Shown here in pieces: positions 1-11,814 of a DNA stretch of 64,000 bases (positions are counted from its first letter, which is position 1; each line of letters opens with the position of its first letter). The notes below the pieces were generated by a model. It worked only from the letters and a program-made list of their open reading frames with translations, had not been told where the DNA came from and made no database searches. The position numbers were made by a program, and so were the translations under genes. The DNA is from an uncultured Gammaproteobacteria bacterium (GTDB taxonomy: Bacteria; Pseudomonadota; Gammaproteobacteria; JAURND01): contig CAVQQD010000002.1 in the NCBI GenBank assembly GCA_963714975.1, forward strand, positions 224,001 to 288,000, in the 5' to 3' direction.

Positions 1-2
1 GC

Positions 3-1900
3 GGCGATGTACTTATCAAAGACCACAAAGACTACCTACTCAAAAGAGCGGCGTATTGCCGACTGATTGCCTTACTGGCAGGTCAGGATGTACCTGATAA
101 TGTTAGTCACTTACTGCCCTCTGGAATTGACCCTAAGAATGTTTATGGCTACACAGGATCGGCACGTCAGAGCCTTAAACTTGAGGTAGAGAATTACAAG
201 CAGAATCGGACACTTTCTTTCCAAGCTTTCATAAATTTTTTTAAAAGGGCAAGGTTTAACTTTAATAAATTGCTTTACAAGGATGTTGAAGAAATACAGA
301 AACAAACCAAGGGATGGTATATCGGACAAGCAATGGACGAGGCGATTGAGTATTGTAATAAGAATTCCAATAGCCTCCTGCAGGTCAACCTTAAAGAGTT
401 ATCTGATTGTAAGTCATATACCAAGGGTCCGATGCTAGCAGCCCAACTAAAAAACTTTGCTGAGCAGATAAAAAATAAAAATAGTACTAACACTCCATGC
501 CCATTTTATTTTATTGATGATAAGTCTGAGGAGATTGAGGAAGTAACTAAGTACTTCAACACGCAGCCAGAAAAAATTCCGCCGGGAGTGGAATTACATA
601 TCATCCGAGATGATCAGCAACGCTATTATTGCGGAAAGTTTGAATATCAGAATATTCTCACATCTCAAGGGCTTCGAATTCCCACTAAGGAAGAAATAAT
701 ACTAAAAGAAAAGGTATTACGCTGTTTAAAAAAACCTGTGGCTGAATTAAAAGTTCCTAAACACGAAATCACTATCCAAAAACATCCTCTAACTTCTGCA
801 ATCTTAAATCCCTCTACTTCTGTGGATTTTAATAAATTAATTGCTGACATGGATAAAGAAGAAGTTAATTTTACTTTCTACGATCCTCAATCTGGACCTG
901 ATTTTAAATATAAGTATGGCACTCCTTTAATATTAGCAATCCGCGCAAAAAACCAAAAGGCCATAACGGCTTTATTGGAATCTGAAAAAATTGATGTTAA
1001 TACAGATATGGTAGATGACAACTATGCCAACAACGAGAAACAACATACACCACTTACCGAGGCATTAAGGTCTAAAGATGAGTCCCTGATAGATACTTTA
1101 TTATCCCCCATCCAGCAATAACAAACACTCATAAGCCTGAGCCTCTACTGGTTGTTTTCGAAGGAAAACCTAACTTAGCTTACTTTAAAAAATTACTGCG
1201 TTGTTATGAAAAGATGGATGTTCTTGATCTATTCATAAATCCGAAGCATCGCACCTCACCTATAGATTACCTCGTAGGGCAAATAGCAGAGGCTGGTAAG
1301 GATTTCTTGCTGGAACTTTTAAACGTACCAGGAATAAAATTAAATATTAACAATACGCCACTAAATAATAGCTCTAGCAGAAAGCCACTAAAAAATCTTC
1401 TTTTAAGCGTGCTGCAGGGGGATCCGGAGAATATTGAGCGCTTTAACCGGGCGTGTATAGATGTGGGTGAAGAAGTAGCTGAATCTAAACCACAGGATAC
1501 TACTACTACTACTACTGCTACTGAATCAAAGGATACTATTCCTACTGCTCCTGTTACTGCTAAATCAATTGTTGCATCAGAGCTTGGCACTCAGGAGTCT
1601 GAGCAGGGGAAGTCCAGTTGCTCATCTAAGATCGGAGCTGGTTTTGCCTGGTTGCTGGGATTGGGTGTAGTTAGTTTGGTGACATTGGAGATTTACCATA
1701 CCCAAAATTCTCTTGAATTCCTCGGCGAACTGAACAAGTCGTATCTTGAAAATATGTCTTTGGCAGGAAGTCTCAGTGTGGTATACGCTCTGCTGTTTGC
1801 GGTTGCGGTATACGCCTGGGGAAAGGGTAGAAATAATTCTGATGCGGAAAAGGATTCTTCTCAAACTTCATGGTTCTCCTGTTTCTCCGGACATGGGTAA
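3..1900 (+). CDS. Ankyrin-repeat protein with C-terminal double TM hairpin (effector-like); 5' partial, one apparent frameshift at ~1105-1109
   Basis: Frame is open from position 3 to 1121, with ankyrin motifs YGTPLILAIRAKNQKAITALL..IDVN and HTPLTEALRSKDESLIDTLL. Removing one C from the CCCCC run joins it (LLSHPAITNTHKPEP...) to ORF 1214-1900, which ends in two hydrophobic helices. Confidence 0.7.
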
Positions 1901-1978
1901 CCCCATTTCCCTAACCTCTCGGTCCGGTCACCTGTTGATGAAAATTATGGCTCTATGAAGATTTGAGTGGGCAATATA

Positions 1979-2007
1979 TCCTTCTCCCCTTGTGGGAGAA
2001 GGTGCCC
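1979..2007. repeat. Palindromic REP-like element, family B (short copy)
   Basis: TCCTTCTCCCCTTGTGGGAGAAGGTGCCC; same core at ~36984, 43081 and 57568. Confidence 0.8.
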
Positions 2008-2112
2008 CTCCGACAGGCCCTAGTAAGATTCAATTTGATTTCGATGCCTGTTTAGTTACGCATCTCAAAAATTACTCCTAAAGTTGCATTTGGCTCCTAG
2101 TCGACTATGCTT

Positions 2113-3660
2113 CAATGGCACTACCTTAAGCCACAGAATATTTTAAAATCCTTTTATTTATTTTACGTAGCAATTTTTCTTTTTCGATTGCTCTGTTTCT
2201 CTTCAAGGCTGGAAATGGTTTCGGTCTTTGCTTGACTAGCCTGGGCTCCACCCTATCTGGTCTATTTCCAACTTTGTTTTGCACAATTAATTTTAACATC
2301 TCAATATACATTTTATGGTTGCTCACCTGATTTGAGCTTATAAAATAAGGAATAAATTCATTTAGTAGCTGCACACTTCCCTTAAAGCTTATTTCCCATG
2401 GATTAACGCCATACTCATAACAAGCTTTTGCTATAATTATTCTGATAAAATTATATGCTAATAAATGAATTCCTATTTCTTTTCTAACCATTTCTGGTGT
2501 TTTGCACGATAACATATCCATATTCATGATACTTTTAATACTTCGCAAATTAAGCTCCACCTCCCACCTTCGCTTATATATTTGGGCAAGCTCTGCTTTG
2601 TGGTATTTTTTGTCTAAAAATGTTGTAACGTATATGTGGCCTGATACTTTAAATTCCCGTATGGAAATTTGATCGGGGTATGCCTCATATTGCTTTTGTG
2701 TCATCCATTCCGGTTTCTGTGGTTTCTCCCAGTTGACAATGTGATCATTTTTACCCAATTTTTGTCCCATTCTAAAATCATAATTCCTTTGACTTTGTCC
2801 GCGAAAAACACCATCAGCTCCTATTTTTTTTAAGTCCGCCATAAGAAAAAAATTGGGGTAATAACGGTCACCCAGCACAATATCGTCGGCTTTAATGCAG
2901 TTTATAATTTCTCTTAATAATGAGATTTCTCCTGTGCCCTTTCCTTTGTGAGCCCCTATTGCATAATCTATTACGGTTCCCCGCGTCAGTGACATAACGG
3001 CTACTATTCGCGCCATAGGAAATCCAGCCCCTTTTTTCTGATTACCATGCTGAGGAAATTTTTTTTGATTAGCTTTTGTATCCGACATTTTGACGGTAGA
3101 TCCATCAAATGCTTTTAATTCTCGGCCATAGACTTTCCATCTCATTGGAATAGATTTCAAAGGGAAAGCTCCAGATTCTTTAACTAATGCCTTCACAGTA
3201 TCTTCAGGCAATCGCTTTCTGGCCTTACAATAGGGGCCAGTATTTGAGCTTATTTTATTCTGCTTCTTTTTTTTACTATGCAGCTGCTCCACAACAACAC
3301 CAGCAACCGCTTTTTTGCAGGATTTATCTGGATTTAAAACTTGTTTAATAAACGTAAATAAGGTTTTGGTGGGGCTATATATCCGGTCACGATATTCCCG
3401 GCACTCTCTAAGTATCTTCTGACATTTTTCTGAATTCAATAGGTTTAACAGGAAAATGTGGTGCACCATCAGCCAATTCTTGTCTTTTATTTTTAACTTG
3501 CTTAATTTTATTTTTCTTTTTAAAATTCACAGATCAGTTTCCTTTTTTTATTATTGTGTGTTTGCTACAACAATAATATTAAATTTGGAAACTGATTTCA
3601 TCTTTTTTCATCTAAATCATAGGCTTATATTCATCTTTGCTCCTTAAGGTAGTGCCATTG
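2113..3660 (-). mobile_element. IS4-family insertion sequence, copy 1
   Basis: Perfect 18-bp terminal IRs CAATGGCACTACCTTAAG (2113-2130) and CTTAAGGTAGTGCCATTG (3643-3660); 10-bp target duplication GACTATGCTT at 2103-2112 and 3661-3670. Confidence 0.95.
2126..3469 (-). CDS. IS4-family DDE transposase (true start probably GTG ~3530; 2-bp difference vs copy 2 near 3459)
   Basis: Motifs AFDGST, LGDRYY and YKRRWEVELNLRSIK (YREK-like). The copy 2 sequence extends the frame to VNFKKKNKIKQ...ELADGAPDIFLL. Confidence 0.9.
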   Translation of the reverse strand: MVHHIFLLNLLNSEKCQKILRECREYRDRIYSPTKTLFTFIKQVLNPDKSCKKAVAGVVVEQLHSKKKKQNKISSNTGPYCKARKRLPEDTVKALVKESGAFPLKSIPMRWKVYGRELKAFDGSTVKMSDTKANQKKFPQHGNQKKGAGFPMARIVAVMSLTRGTVIDYAIGAHKGKGTGEISLLREIINCIKADDIVLGDRYYPNFFLMADLKKIGADGVFRGQSQRNYDFRMGQKLGKNDHIVNWEKPQKPEWMTQKQYEAYPDQISIREFKVSGHIYVTTFLDKKYHKAELAQIYKRRWEVELNLRSIKSIMNMDMLSCKTPEMVRKEIGIHLLAYNFIRIIIAKACYEYGVNPWEISFKGSVQLLNEFIPYFISSNQVSNHKMYIEMLKLIVQNKVGNRPDRVEPRLVKQRPKPFPALKRNRAIEKEKLLRKINKRILKYSVA

Positions 3661-3725
3661 GACTATGCTTAATAAACTGGAGAATCATATACCAGAATCG
3701 CAACGATTGACTGGCGGGCAGTGTT

Positions 3726-4994
3726 ATGGAGGATTACAATGTATTATTACCAATTTCAGAATATCAAAAACGATTCTTCTTGGAATGGGCTTTAGCCCCA
3801 AAGTCAAGCACCTATAATACATCCTTATGTTTCAAAATTACTGGAAAACTAAATAAACAAGCTTTAATTCAAGCATGTGATCTTTATATTAAAACAAATC
3901 CCATAGCAAGAGCCAAATTTAATGAAAGCGGAAATGAATGCTATCCCTCTAGCTATGAAATAAGTGATATTTATCATGAATTAGTCTTAGACTTCAACAA
4001 AAGTCTTAGATCAAAAATAAAACTCCTCTTAAAAAAATCATTTGATTTAACCAAGGGTAAATTATTACAATTTTACTTACTATCAGATGTACAGTTTCCT
4101 AATGAATATTATTTTATAATTCGAGCTCATCATATCATCTTTGATGGATCCATGAGCTTCATTATTCAAAAAGAATCTAGCATTATTGTATAACAATCTT
4201 ATTGAGAAAAACATAGACATTTCACATCTAGACTCATTAGGGAAAAATCATTTAATTCAACTCAATCAATTAATAGAGATTGAAAAAAACTATTTTAGTC
4301 AAGAATATTTTAAAGAAGCAAAAAAATTTTGGTTAGATTTTATATCTGACATCCCCTTGAATGTTCAACTACCTTATAAACCTGATTTTTTGATCAAAGA
4401 TTTAAATAATAAATTAGGAAATATTCATGGGAAAAACATTGATTGTAAATTAGATAGTGAGCAAACAGTCTTACTTAAACAGTATGCAAAGAACAACAAA
4501 GTTACTCTATTCTTATTGATCGCAGCTATATATGGTGTAATAGTTTCCAAGTATTCCAATCAGAATAAAATACTAATTAATTATCCTGTCAATATGCGAC
4601 CACCAGGCTACAAGGAAATTCCTGGATGTTTTATAAATAACACCCTATTAAAAACAGAACTAGATAACTTCGAAAGTTTTGAAGATTTAATCAAGAGCCT
4701 AGCAAGTCAACGAAAAAAAGTGATCAAACACCAAGGTTATTTATTAACCAATATTTTGTATGATCAACAATTAGCTAATGAAATTAATATAGATAATTAT
4801 TTCAATGTTAGTCTTGTCCGTACAAATTTGAGCGCAATTAATCTACTCAGCTTAAAAAACGTAGAAGTAGATGCTCTAGATATACCTTGGAGAACCAATG
4901 CAATTTACGAACTTGAATTGCTATATGATGATAGCGAACTGAAACAACTAAAATTTAGATTTAGTTATCGCTCAGCTTTATTTGACTCTAAAAT
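3726..4994 (+). pseudogene. NRPS gene 1, 5' part: starter condensation domain (frameshift ~4170; interrupted by IS at 4995)
   Basis: C-domain motifs PISEYQKRF, STYN, HHIIFDG, YPVNMRP and GCFINNTLL. The ORF runs ...YRSALFDSKI into the IS end and resumes as DSKIINFLIESF after the IS. Confidence 0.85.
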
Positions 4995-6546
4995 CAATGG
5001 CACTACCTTAAGCCACAGAATATTTTAAAATCCTTTTATTTATTTTACGTAGCAATTTTTCTTTTTCGATTGCTCTGTTTCTCTTCAAGGCTGGAAATGG
5101 TTTCGGTCTTTGCTTGACTAGCCTGGGCTCCACCCTATCTGGTCTATTTCCAACTTTGTTTTGCACAATTAATTTTAACATCTCAATATACATTTTATGG
5201 TTGCTCACCTGATTTGAGCTTATAAAATAAGGAATAAATTCATTTAGTAGCTGCACACTTCCCTTAAAGCTTATTTCCCATGGATTAACGCCATACTCAT
5301 AACAAGCTTTTGCTATAATTATTCTGATAAAATTATATGCTAATAAATGAATTCCTATTTCTTTTCTAACCATTTCTGGTGTTTTGCACGATAACATATC
5401 CATATTCATGATACTTTTAATACTTCGCAAATTAAGCTCCACCTCCCACCTTCGCTTATATATTGGGCAAGCTCTGCTTTGTGGTATTTTTTGTCTAAAA
5501 ATGTTGTAACGTATATGTGGCCTGATACTTTAAATTCCCGTATGGAAATTTGATCGGGGTATGCCTCATATTGCTTTTGTGTCATCCATTCCGGTTTCTG
5601 TGGTTTCTCCCAGTTGACAATGTGATCATTTTTACCCAATTTTTGTCCCATTCTAAAATCATAATTCCTTTGACTTTGTCCGCGAAAAACACCATCAGCT
5701 CCTATTTTTTTTAAGTCCGCCATAAGAAAAAAATTGGGGTAATAACGGTCACCCAGCACAATATCGTCGGCTTTAATGCAGTTTATAATTTCTCTTAATA
5801 ATGAGATTTCTCCTGTGCCCTTTCCTTTGTGAGCCCCTATTGCATAATCTATTACGGTTCCCCGCGTCAGTGACATAACGGCTACTAATTCGCGCCATAG
5901 GAAATCCAGCCCCTTTTTTCTGATTACCATGCTGAGGAAATTTTTTTTGATTAGCTTTTGTATCCGACATTTTGACGGTAGATCCATCAAATGCTTTTAA
6001 TTCTCGGCCATAGACTTTCCATCTCATTGGAATAGATTTTCAAAGGGAAAGCTCCAGATTCTTTAACTAATGCCTTCACAGTATCTTCAGGCAATCGCTT
6101 TCTGGCCTTACAATAGGGGCCAGTATTTGAGCTTATTTTATTCTGCTTCTTTTTTTTACTATGCAGCTGCTCCACAACAACACCAGCAACCACTTTTTTG
6201 CAGGATTTATCTGGATTTAAAACTTGTTTAATAAACGTAAATAAGGTTTTGGTGGGGCTAATATATCCGGTCACGATATTCCCGGCACTCTCTAAGTATC
6301 TTCTGACATTTTTCTGAATTCAATAGGTTTAACAGGAAAATGTCTGGTGCACCATCAGCCAATTCTTGTCTTTTATTTTTAACTTGCTTAATTTTATTTT
6401 TCTTTTTAAAATTCACAGATCAGTTTCCTTTTTTTATTATTGTGTGTTTGCTACAACAATAATATTAAATTTGGAAACTGATTTCATCTTTTTTCATCTA
6501 AATCATAGGCTTATATTCATCTTTGCTCCTTAAGGTAGTGCCATTG
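4995..6546 (-). mobile_element. IS4-family insertion sequence, copy 2 (transposase with several 1-bp indels), inserted in NRPS gene 1
   Basis: Near-identical to copy 1 with the same 18-bp IRs; 11-bp target duplication GACTCTAAAAT at 4984-4994 and 6547-6557; transposase split into ORF fragments between 5008 and 6274. Confidence 0.95.
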
Positions 6547-9500
6547 GACTCTAAAATAATTAATTTTCTCATAGAATCATTCTTAGAATTTATTAAAAAA
6601 ATAACTATCAAAGTTAAAAATGAAGAAAACACAAGAATACTATTAGGAAACTTTTATCTTTTAAGCGATTTAACTTATAATCAAACTATAAAAAAATGGA
6701 ATAACACAGAAAATAATTATTCAACAAAAAAAAGTATTCTCCAACTATTTGAAGAACAAACTAAAAAAATTCCTACACAAATCGCTGTAGTAAGCCAAGG
6801 AATAAAACTTAGTTACCACGAGCTTAATGTACAGGCTAATCAGCTAGCACATTTTTTACAGCAGAAATATTCATTACAGGGAGATGACTTAATTGCCATA
6901 TGCCTAGACCGAAGCGAACAAATACTAATAGCAATATTGGCTGTTTTAAAAGCTGGAGCCGCATATGTACCATTGGATCCAAATAATCCAGACAAACGGA
7001 TCAGTTACATTTTACAGGATACCGAGGCCAAAGCTATATTGGCAAATAGCCCATACCAGAAGAAGTTAGTCGAAATAATAAATTATCATCAATTGAACAT
7101 TTCACTTGAAATTATTGACAGCACTGAATTAAAAAATAAGTTAAAAATTTACCCGCCAACTAATGTTCCATCTAATATTCTCAGTAACAATTTAGCGTAT
7201 ATAATTTATACCAGTGGCACAACAGGTACACCCAAAGGAGTAATGATTGAACATTCTAGCCTTATTAACTACACTTTAGATATCAGCCAAAGATTTAATG
7301 TTGAAAACAATGAATCTGCAATATTGATTTCCGAGTATATTTTCGATTTGGGAAATACCACTTTATTCCCTATTTTAATTAATGGTGGCACTATTCATAT
7401 TCCTAGTAAAGAACAGGCAACAAGCCATCAATTCATATTTAATTACATTAATTATAATGATATAAATTGGATTAAATGCACTCCTCTATATTTTGAGTTT
7501 GTCATATTGAACTTAGATTACACTCTCACTACTTCGTTTAAAAAAATAATTTTAGGAGGAGAAATTTGCAGCAATTCTTTAAAAGAATATTTAACAAATC
7601 AAACCAACGTGCAAGTTTTTAATCATTATGGGCCTACTGAGACCACAATCGGCTGCATCTGTAACACAGACTTCAAACATGGATATAATAATATTATTGG
7701 TAAACCGCTTGCAAACACCGTTGTATTTATTTTAGATAAATTTTTAAATATACTGCCGATTGGCGCAATGGGAGAACTCTATATTGGTGGCGCAGGCCTA
7801 GCACGTGGTTATTTAAATTTAACTGATTTAACTCTAGAAAAATTCATAAAAAATCCTTTTCAAACAGAAATAGAAAAACAAACAGGAAAAAATTCTCTCC
7901 TATACAAAACTGGGGATTTAGCCCGTTATTTACCTGATGGTTCTATTCAATATCTTGGTAGAAATGACCTCCAGGTCAAAGTCCGCGGCTTCCGCATTGA
8001 GCTAGGTGAGATTGAAAATCAACTTGTAAAATATCCAAGAATAAAGCAAGTAATTGTATTGGCTAGAGAACATCACGAGAATAAAACCCATTATCTAGTT
8101 GGTTATTATGTAGCGGATAATCGATTAAATGAAAACAAAATTCTTGAATACCTTTCTGCGCAATTACCAGACTACATGGTACCAAATATTCTAGTTTTCT
8201 TAGACAAACTACCTTTAACGATTAACGGTAAATTAGACAGAAAGGCATTGCCAGATCCAGAATTTAACAAAACAACTGAATATATACCGCCGCGTAATGA
8301 TTTAGAACGAAAAATTTGCGAAATGTACGCTGAAGTATTAGGTTTATCCGAAGAATCCATTGGGATCCATGACAACTTCTTTCGCCTAGGTGGTAACAGC
8401 ATTTTGGCTATAAAACTAGTTAGTCAAATGAATAAAATTATTTTCAGTGATCCTACATTTCATTTACCTCCCATTCAAGTAATAGAGATTTTTAAACATA
8501 AAAGAATTTTAGATTTATTGGACAGTATATTAAGTGAAGATGATAGAGAAACCATAATCATACCTAAAATTCAATATACCAAAAATCAAATAGAACAAGA
8601 AGAAAATAAAATTGCAAGCTTATCTTTTGCTCAAGAGCGCTTGTGGTTCATTGAAAATTATGAAGGTGGGACCAATGCTTATAATATACCTATACTAAGA
8701 AAATTATTACCCAATGTAAATATAAAATTATTGGAATTTGCGTTACATGAAGTTGTTGCTCGTCAAGAAATTTTACATAGTCTAATAAAAACAGATGATC
8801 AAGGGAATGGTTACCAGGAAGTAATGGATTTATCAATATTCCCATTCACCATAATCCATTATATTTTCTCACACGCTGAAGAACGAAAAATTTATATTGC
8901 TGGGGAAATAAATCATATCTTTAGTTTAGATAAGGAGTATCCCATTCGAATTCATCTTTTGAGGCAAAAAGATACAGAGGAAGAATATTTATTGATTGTA
9001 GCACACCATGTTTCATTTGATGGTTGGTCGATTCCTATATTTATTCACAATGTACAAGAATATTATAACTATAATTTAGCGCTAGAAACTGGTGATAACA
9101 ATCATGCTAATGCAATAAAATTAGCCATACCTGAGTTAACCATTCAATATAGAGATTTTGCCATTTGGCAAAAGAATTATTTAACTGGAGAGCGCCTGAC
9201 ACATCAACTAAAATACTGGAAAAATAAACTCATTGATTATGAAGGTTTACACTTACCTACGGATAAACCAAGACCACCGAAAATTAGCTATGTGGGACGC
9301 GATGTTCATTTTAGCATTGATCTCAACATCAGCAACCAATTAAGAGCGCTGGCAAAAGAAAAAGGGGTCAGTTTATATTGTGTATTATTAGCTGGATTTA
9401 ATTTGCTGTTACGGAGTTACAGCAATCAAGACGACATTGTCATCGGTACGCCCATTGCGAATCGACATCACCAGCAACTCGAAGATCTAATCGGTTTTTT

Positions 9501-11814
9501 TGTTAATAGCTTGGCTTTGCGAAGCCAAATAAATTCAGAACAACCCTTAAACGATTACATAACAGGAGTCGGACATGATGTGATTGAAGCACAACTGCAT
9601 CAAGATCTTCCATTTGAAAGGTTAGTCGAAGAATTGAAAATTCCCAAAGATCTTAGCCGTCACCCAGTATTTCAGGTAATGTTTGGTGTACAAAGTTTTT
9701 TTGCGACCACAACAGCCACATTGTTCGAAGCTGCTGCTTTAGAACTGGATTACTCCGTAGCAAAATTTGATTTAAGTGTTTTTGTCGATGACAGCCAAGA
9801 CGAATTATTTGGAGTATTTAATTATGCTGAAGGTTTATTTAAAAAAGAAACTATTACTCTGCTCCTTGCAACTTATCAGCGTATTTTATTCCAATTAGCA
9901 TACGAACCATTTATATTAATAAAAAATTTAAATTACCTTGATAAAACGAGTTACCAAAAAATTATTTATGCCTGGAATCAAACCGAGAAAGAGTACCCTG
10001 ACAATAAAACAATTCATCAATTATTCGAAGCACAAGTGGAAAGAACTCCTGAGCATATTGCTGTAGTATATAAAAATACCCAACTCAGCTATCGTGATCT
10101 TAATGCCAAAGCCAATCAATTGGCTCACTACCTAAGGCACAAATATCCAATTCAAGGCGATGACTTAATTGCTTTGTGTTTAGAGCGCAATGAACTGATA
10201 CTCACTAGCATCTTAGCTGTACTAAAAACTGGGGCTGCATATGTGCCAATTGATCCAGATTACCCTGACGAAAGAATCAACTATATTTTGGCAGATACAG
10301 CTACGCATTTGATCTTAACCAATGAAAATTCGCAAATGAAGCTAAGTGCCATTATAAACCATCATTCCTTACAAACACGAGTAGAGGCTATTGATAGCCA
10401 TGAGTTACAAAATAACCTAAATGCTTTTCAAGAAAACAATCTAGAACAACATATTAATAGTAATAATCTAGCTTATGTAATTTTCACTAGTGGCACTACT
10501 GGCAATCCTAAAGGAGTAATGATTGAACATAGGAGTGCTGTTAATACGATAACAGCTTTATCTGATATTTATTCTGTGTCAAGCTCAAATGAGACAACTG
10601 AGTTTACATCTTATGTATTTGACGTTTCGGTAGTTGAATCATTTGTTACTTTGATCAATGGTGCAAGGCTTCATTTATTATCAGAGGAAACTAAAAATGA
10701 TATTAAACAATTAAGTCAGTATCTTTTAGTTAACAAAATTAATGTTTGTTATCTACCACCTGCCTTATTATCACATCTCGACAAAATAGAGTATCCTAAT
10801 TTAAATAAAATATTTTATGCAGGGGAATCCTGTGATTTAACCACCGGCCGTTATTGGTCGAATGCCAAATTATTATTTAATTATTATGGACCAACTGAAA
10901 CAGCTATCTATGCGCTAGGTAAGCAAGTTATAAATAATGATGTCAATTTAATCGGACGCCCAATAACGAATACAACAACCTATATTCTTAACTCTAATCT
11001 TAATCCATTACCTCTAGGTGCAGTAGGTGAACTATATATTGGTGGTGCTGGTGTAGCACGTGGTTATTTGAATCTTCCCGATTTAACTACCACACGCTTT
11101 ATCATCAATCCGTTTCAAACGGAAGAAGAGAAAAAATTGGGGGGAAATGCTCGTCTTTACAAGACCGGTGATTTAGTGCGTTATTTACCCGATGGCAATC
11201 TTGAGTATATTGGTAGAAATGATTTTCAAGTTAAAATCCGCGGTTTTAGAATTGAGCTGGGTGAAATTGAAAATAAATTAATAGTCTATCCAGAAATAAA
11301 ACAAGCGGTGGTATTAGTTAAGGAGCATCAAACAAACAAAGAAAAATACCTCGTTGGCTACTATGTTTCAGAAAAATCCTTAGCACAGGATAGTATTCTA
11401 GATTACCTTCGCAGTCAATTACCGGACTATCTGGTTCCCAGCATTTTAGTTTGGTTAGAAAAATTTCCCTTAACCATCAATGGCAAATTAGATCGAAATG
11501 CATTACCTGATCCTGAATTCAGTCAAATCTCCAAATACGTTTCACCCCGCAATGATCTGGAACGTAAAGTTTGCGAACTGTATGCAGAAATACTAGGTAT
11601 TCCCACAATAGATGTGGGCATACAAGATAATTTTTTTCAATTAGGAGGGAATTCTATATTGGCAATTAAACTCGTAAATATAATAAAAAATGAATTAGGG
11701 ACAAAAATTCATTTGAAGGTAAGCGACATTTTTCAATACAAAACAATATCTAGTTTAGTCGAGAAATTATTCGAAGCTCCTTCAACCACTATTTACGATG
11801 AGGGAGAAATTTAG
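6547..11814 (+). CDS. NRPS gene 1, 3' part: (end of C)-A(Asp)-T-C-A(?)-T plus C-terminal docking peptide
   Basis: A motifs YTSGTTGTPKG, YGPTE and YKTGD; T motifs GGNSI twice; C motif HHVSFDG; ends IYDEGEI. Hand-read specificity codes DLTKIGHIGK and DVVYFAYIYK. Confidence 0.9.
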   Translation, partial: DSKIINFLIESFLEFIKKITIKVKNEENTRILLGNFYLLSDLTYNQTIKKWNNTENNYSTKKSILQLFEEQTKKIPTQIAVVSQGIKLSYHELNVQANQLAHFLQQKYSLQGDDLIAICLDRSEQILIAILAVLKAGAAYVPLDPNNPDKRISYILQDTEAKAILANSPYQKKLVEIINYHQLNISLEIIDSTELKNKLKIYPPTNVPSNILSNNLAYIIYTSGTTGTPKGVMIEHSSLINYTLDISQRFNVENNESAILISEYIFDLGNTTLFPILINGGTIHIPSKEQATSHQFIFNYINYNDINWIKCTPLYFEFVILNLDYTLTTSFKKIILGGEICSNSLKEYLTNQTNVQVFNHYGPTETTIGCICNTDFKHGYNNIIGKPLANTVVFILDKFLNILPIGAMGELYIGGAGLARGYLNLTDLTLEKFIKNPFQTEIEKQTGKNSLLYKTGDLARYLPDGSIQYLGRNDLQVKVRGFRIELGEIENQLVKYPRIKQVIVLAREHHENKTHYLVGYYVADNRLNENKILEYLSAQLPDYMVPNILVFLDKLPLTINGKLDRKALPDPEFNKTTEYIPPRNDLERKICEMYAEVLGLSEESIGIHDNFFRLGGNSILAIKLVSQMNKIIFSDPTFHLPPIQVIEIFKHKRILDLLDSILSEDDRETIIIPKIQYTKNQIEQEENKIASLSFAQERLWFIENYEGGTNAYNIPILRKLLPNVNIKLLEFALHEVVARQEILHSLIKTDDQGNGYQEVMDLSIFPFTIIHYIFSHAEERKIYIAGEINHIFSLDKEYPIRIHLLRQKDTEEEYLLIVAHHVSFDGWSIPIFIHNVQEYYNYNLALETGDNNHANAIKLAIPELTIQYRDFAIWQKNYLTGERLTHQLKYWKNKLIDYEGLHLPTDKPRPPKISYVGRDVHFSIDLNISNQLRALAKEKGVSLYCVLLAGFNLLLRSYSNQDDIVIGTPIANRHHQQLEDLIGFFVNSLALRSQINSEQPLNDYITGVGHDVIEAQLHQDLPFERLVEELKIPKDLSRHPVFQVMFGVQSFFATTTATLFEAAALELDYSVAKFDLSVFVDDSQDELFGVFNYAEGLFKKETITLLLATYQRILFQLAYEPFILIKNLNYLDKTSYQKIIYAWNQTEKEYPDNKTIHQLFEAQVERTPEHIAVVYKNTQLSYRDLNAKANQLAHYLRHKYPIQGDDLIALCLERNELILTSILAVLKTGAAYVPIDPDYPDERINYILADTATHLILTNENSQMKLSAIINHHSLQTRVEAIDSHELQNNLNAFQENNLEQHINSNNLAYVIFTSGTTGNPKGVMIEHRSAVNTITALSDIYSVSSSNETTEFTSYVFDVSVVESFVTLINGARLHLLSEETKNDIKQLSQYLLVNKINVCYLPPALLSHLDKIEYPNLNKIFYAGESCDLTTGRYWSNAKLLFNYYGPTETAIYALGKQVINNDVNLIGRPITNTTTYILNSNLNPLPLGAVGELYIGGAGVARGYLNLPDLTTTRFIINPFQTEEEKKLGGNARLYKTGDLVRYLPDGNLEYIGRNDFQVKIRGFRIELGEIENKLIVYPEIKQAVVLVKEHQTNKEKYLVGYYVSEKSLAQDSILDYLRSQLPDYLVPSILVWLEKFPLTINGKLDRNALPDPEFSQISKYVSPRNDLERKVCELYAEILGIPTIDVGIQDNFFQLGGNSILAIKLVNIIKNELGTKIHLKVSDIFQYKTISSLVEKLFEAPSTTIYDEGEI

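Noticed and set aside
1497-1522. (ACT)n microsatellite as a phase-variation switch
   Set aside because: It is an in-frame trinucleotide run encoding a poly-Thr linker, so length change would not shift the frame.
2113-6546. Composite transposon carrying an NRPS fragment
   Set aside because: Each IS has its own distinct target duplication and the enclosed DNA is continuous with the downstream NRPS, so these are independent insertions.
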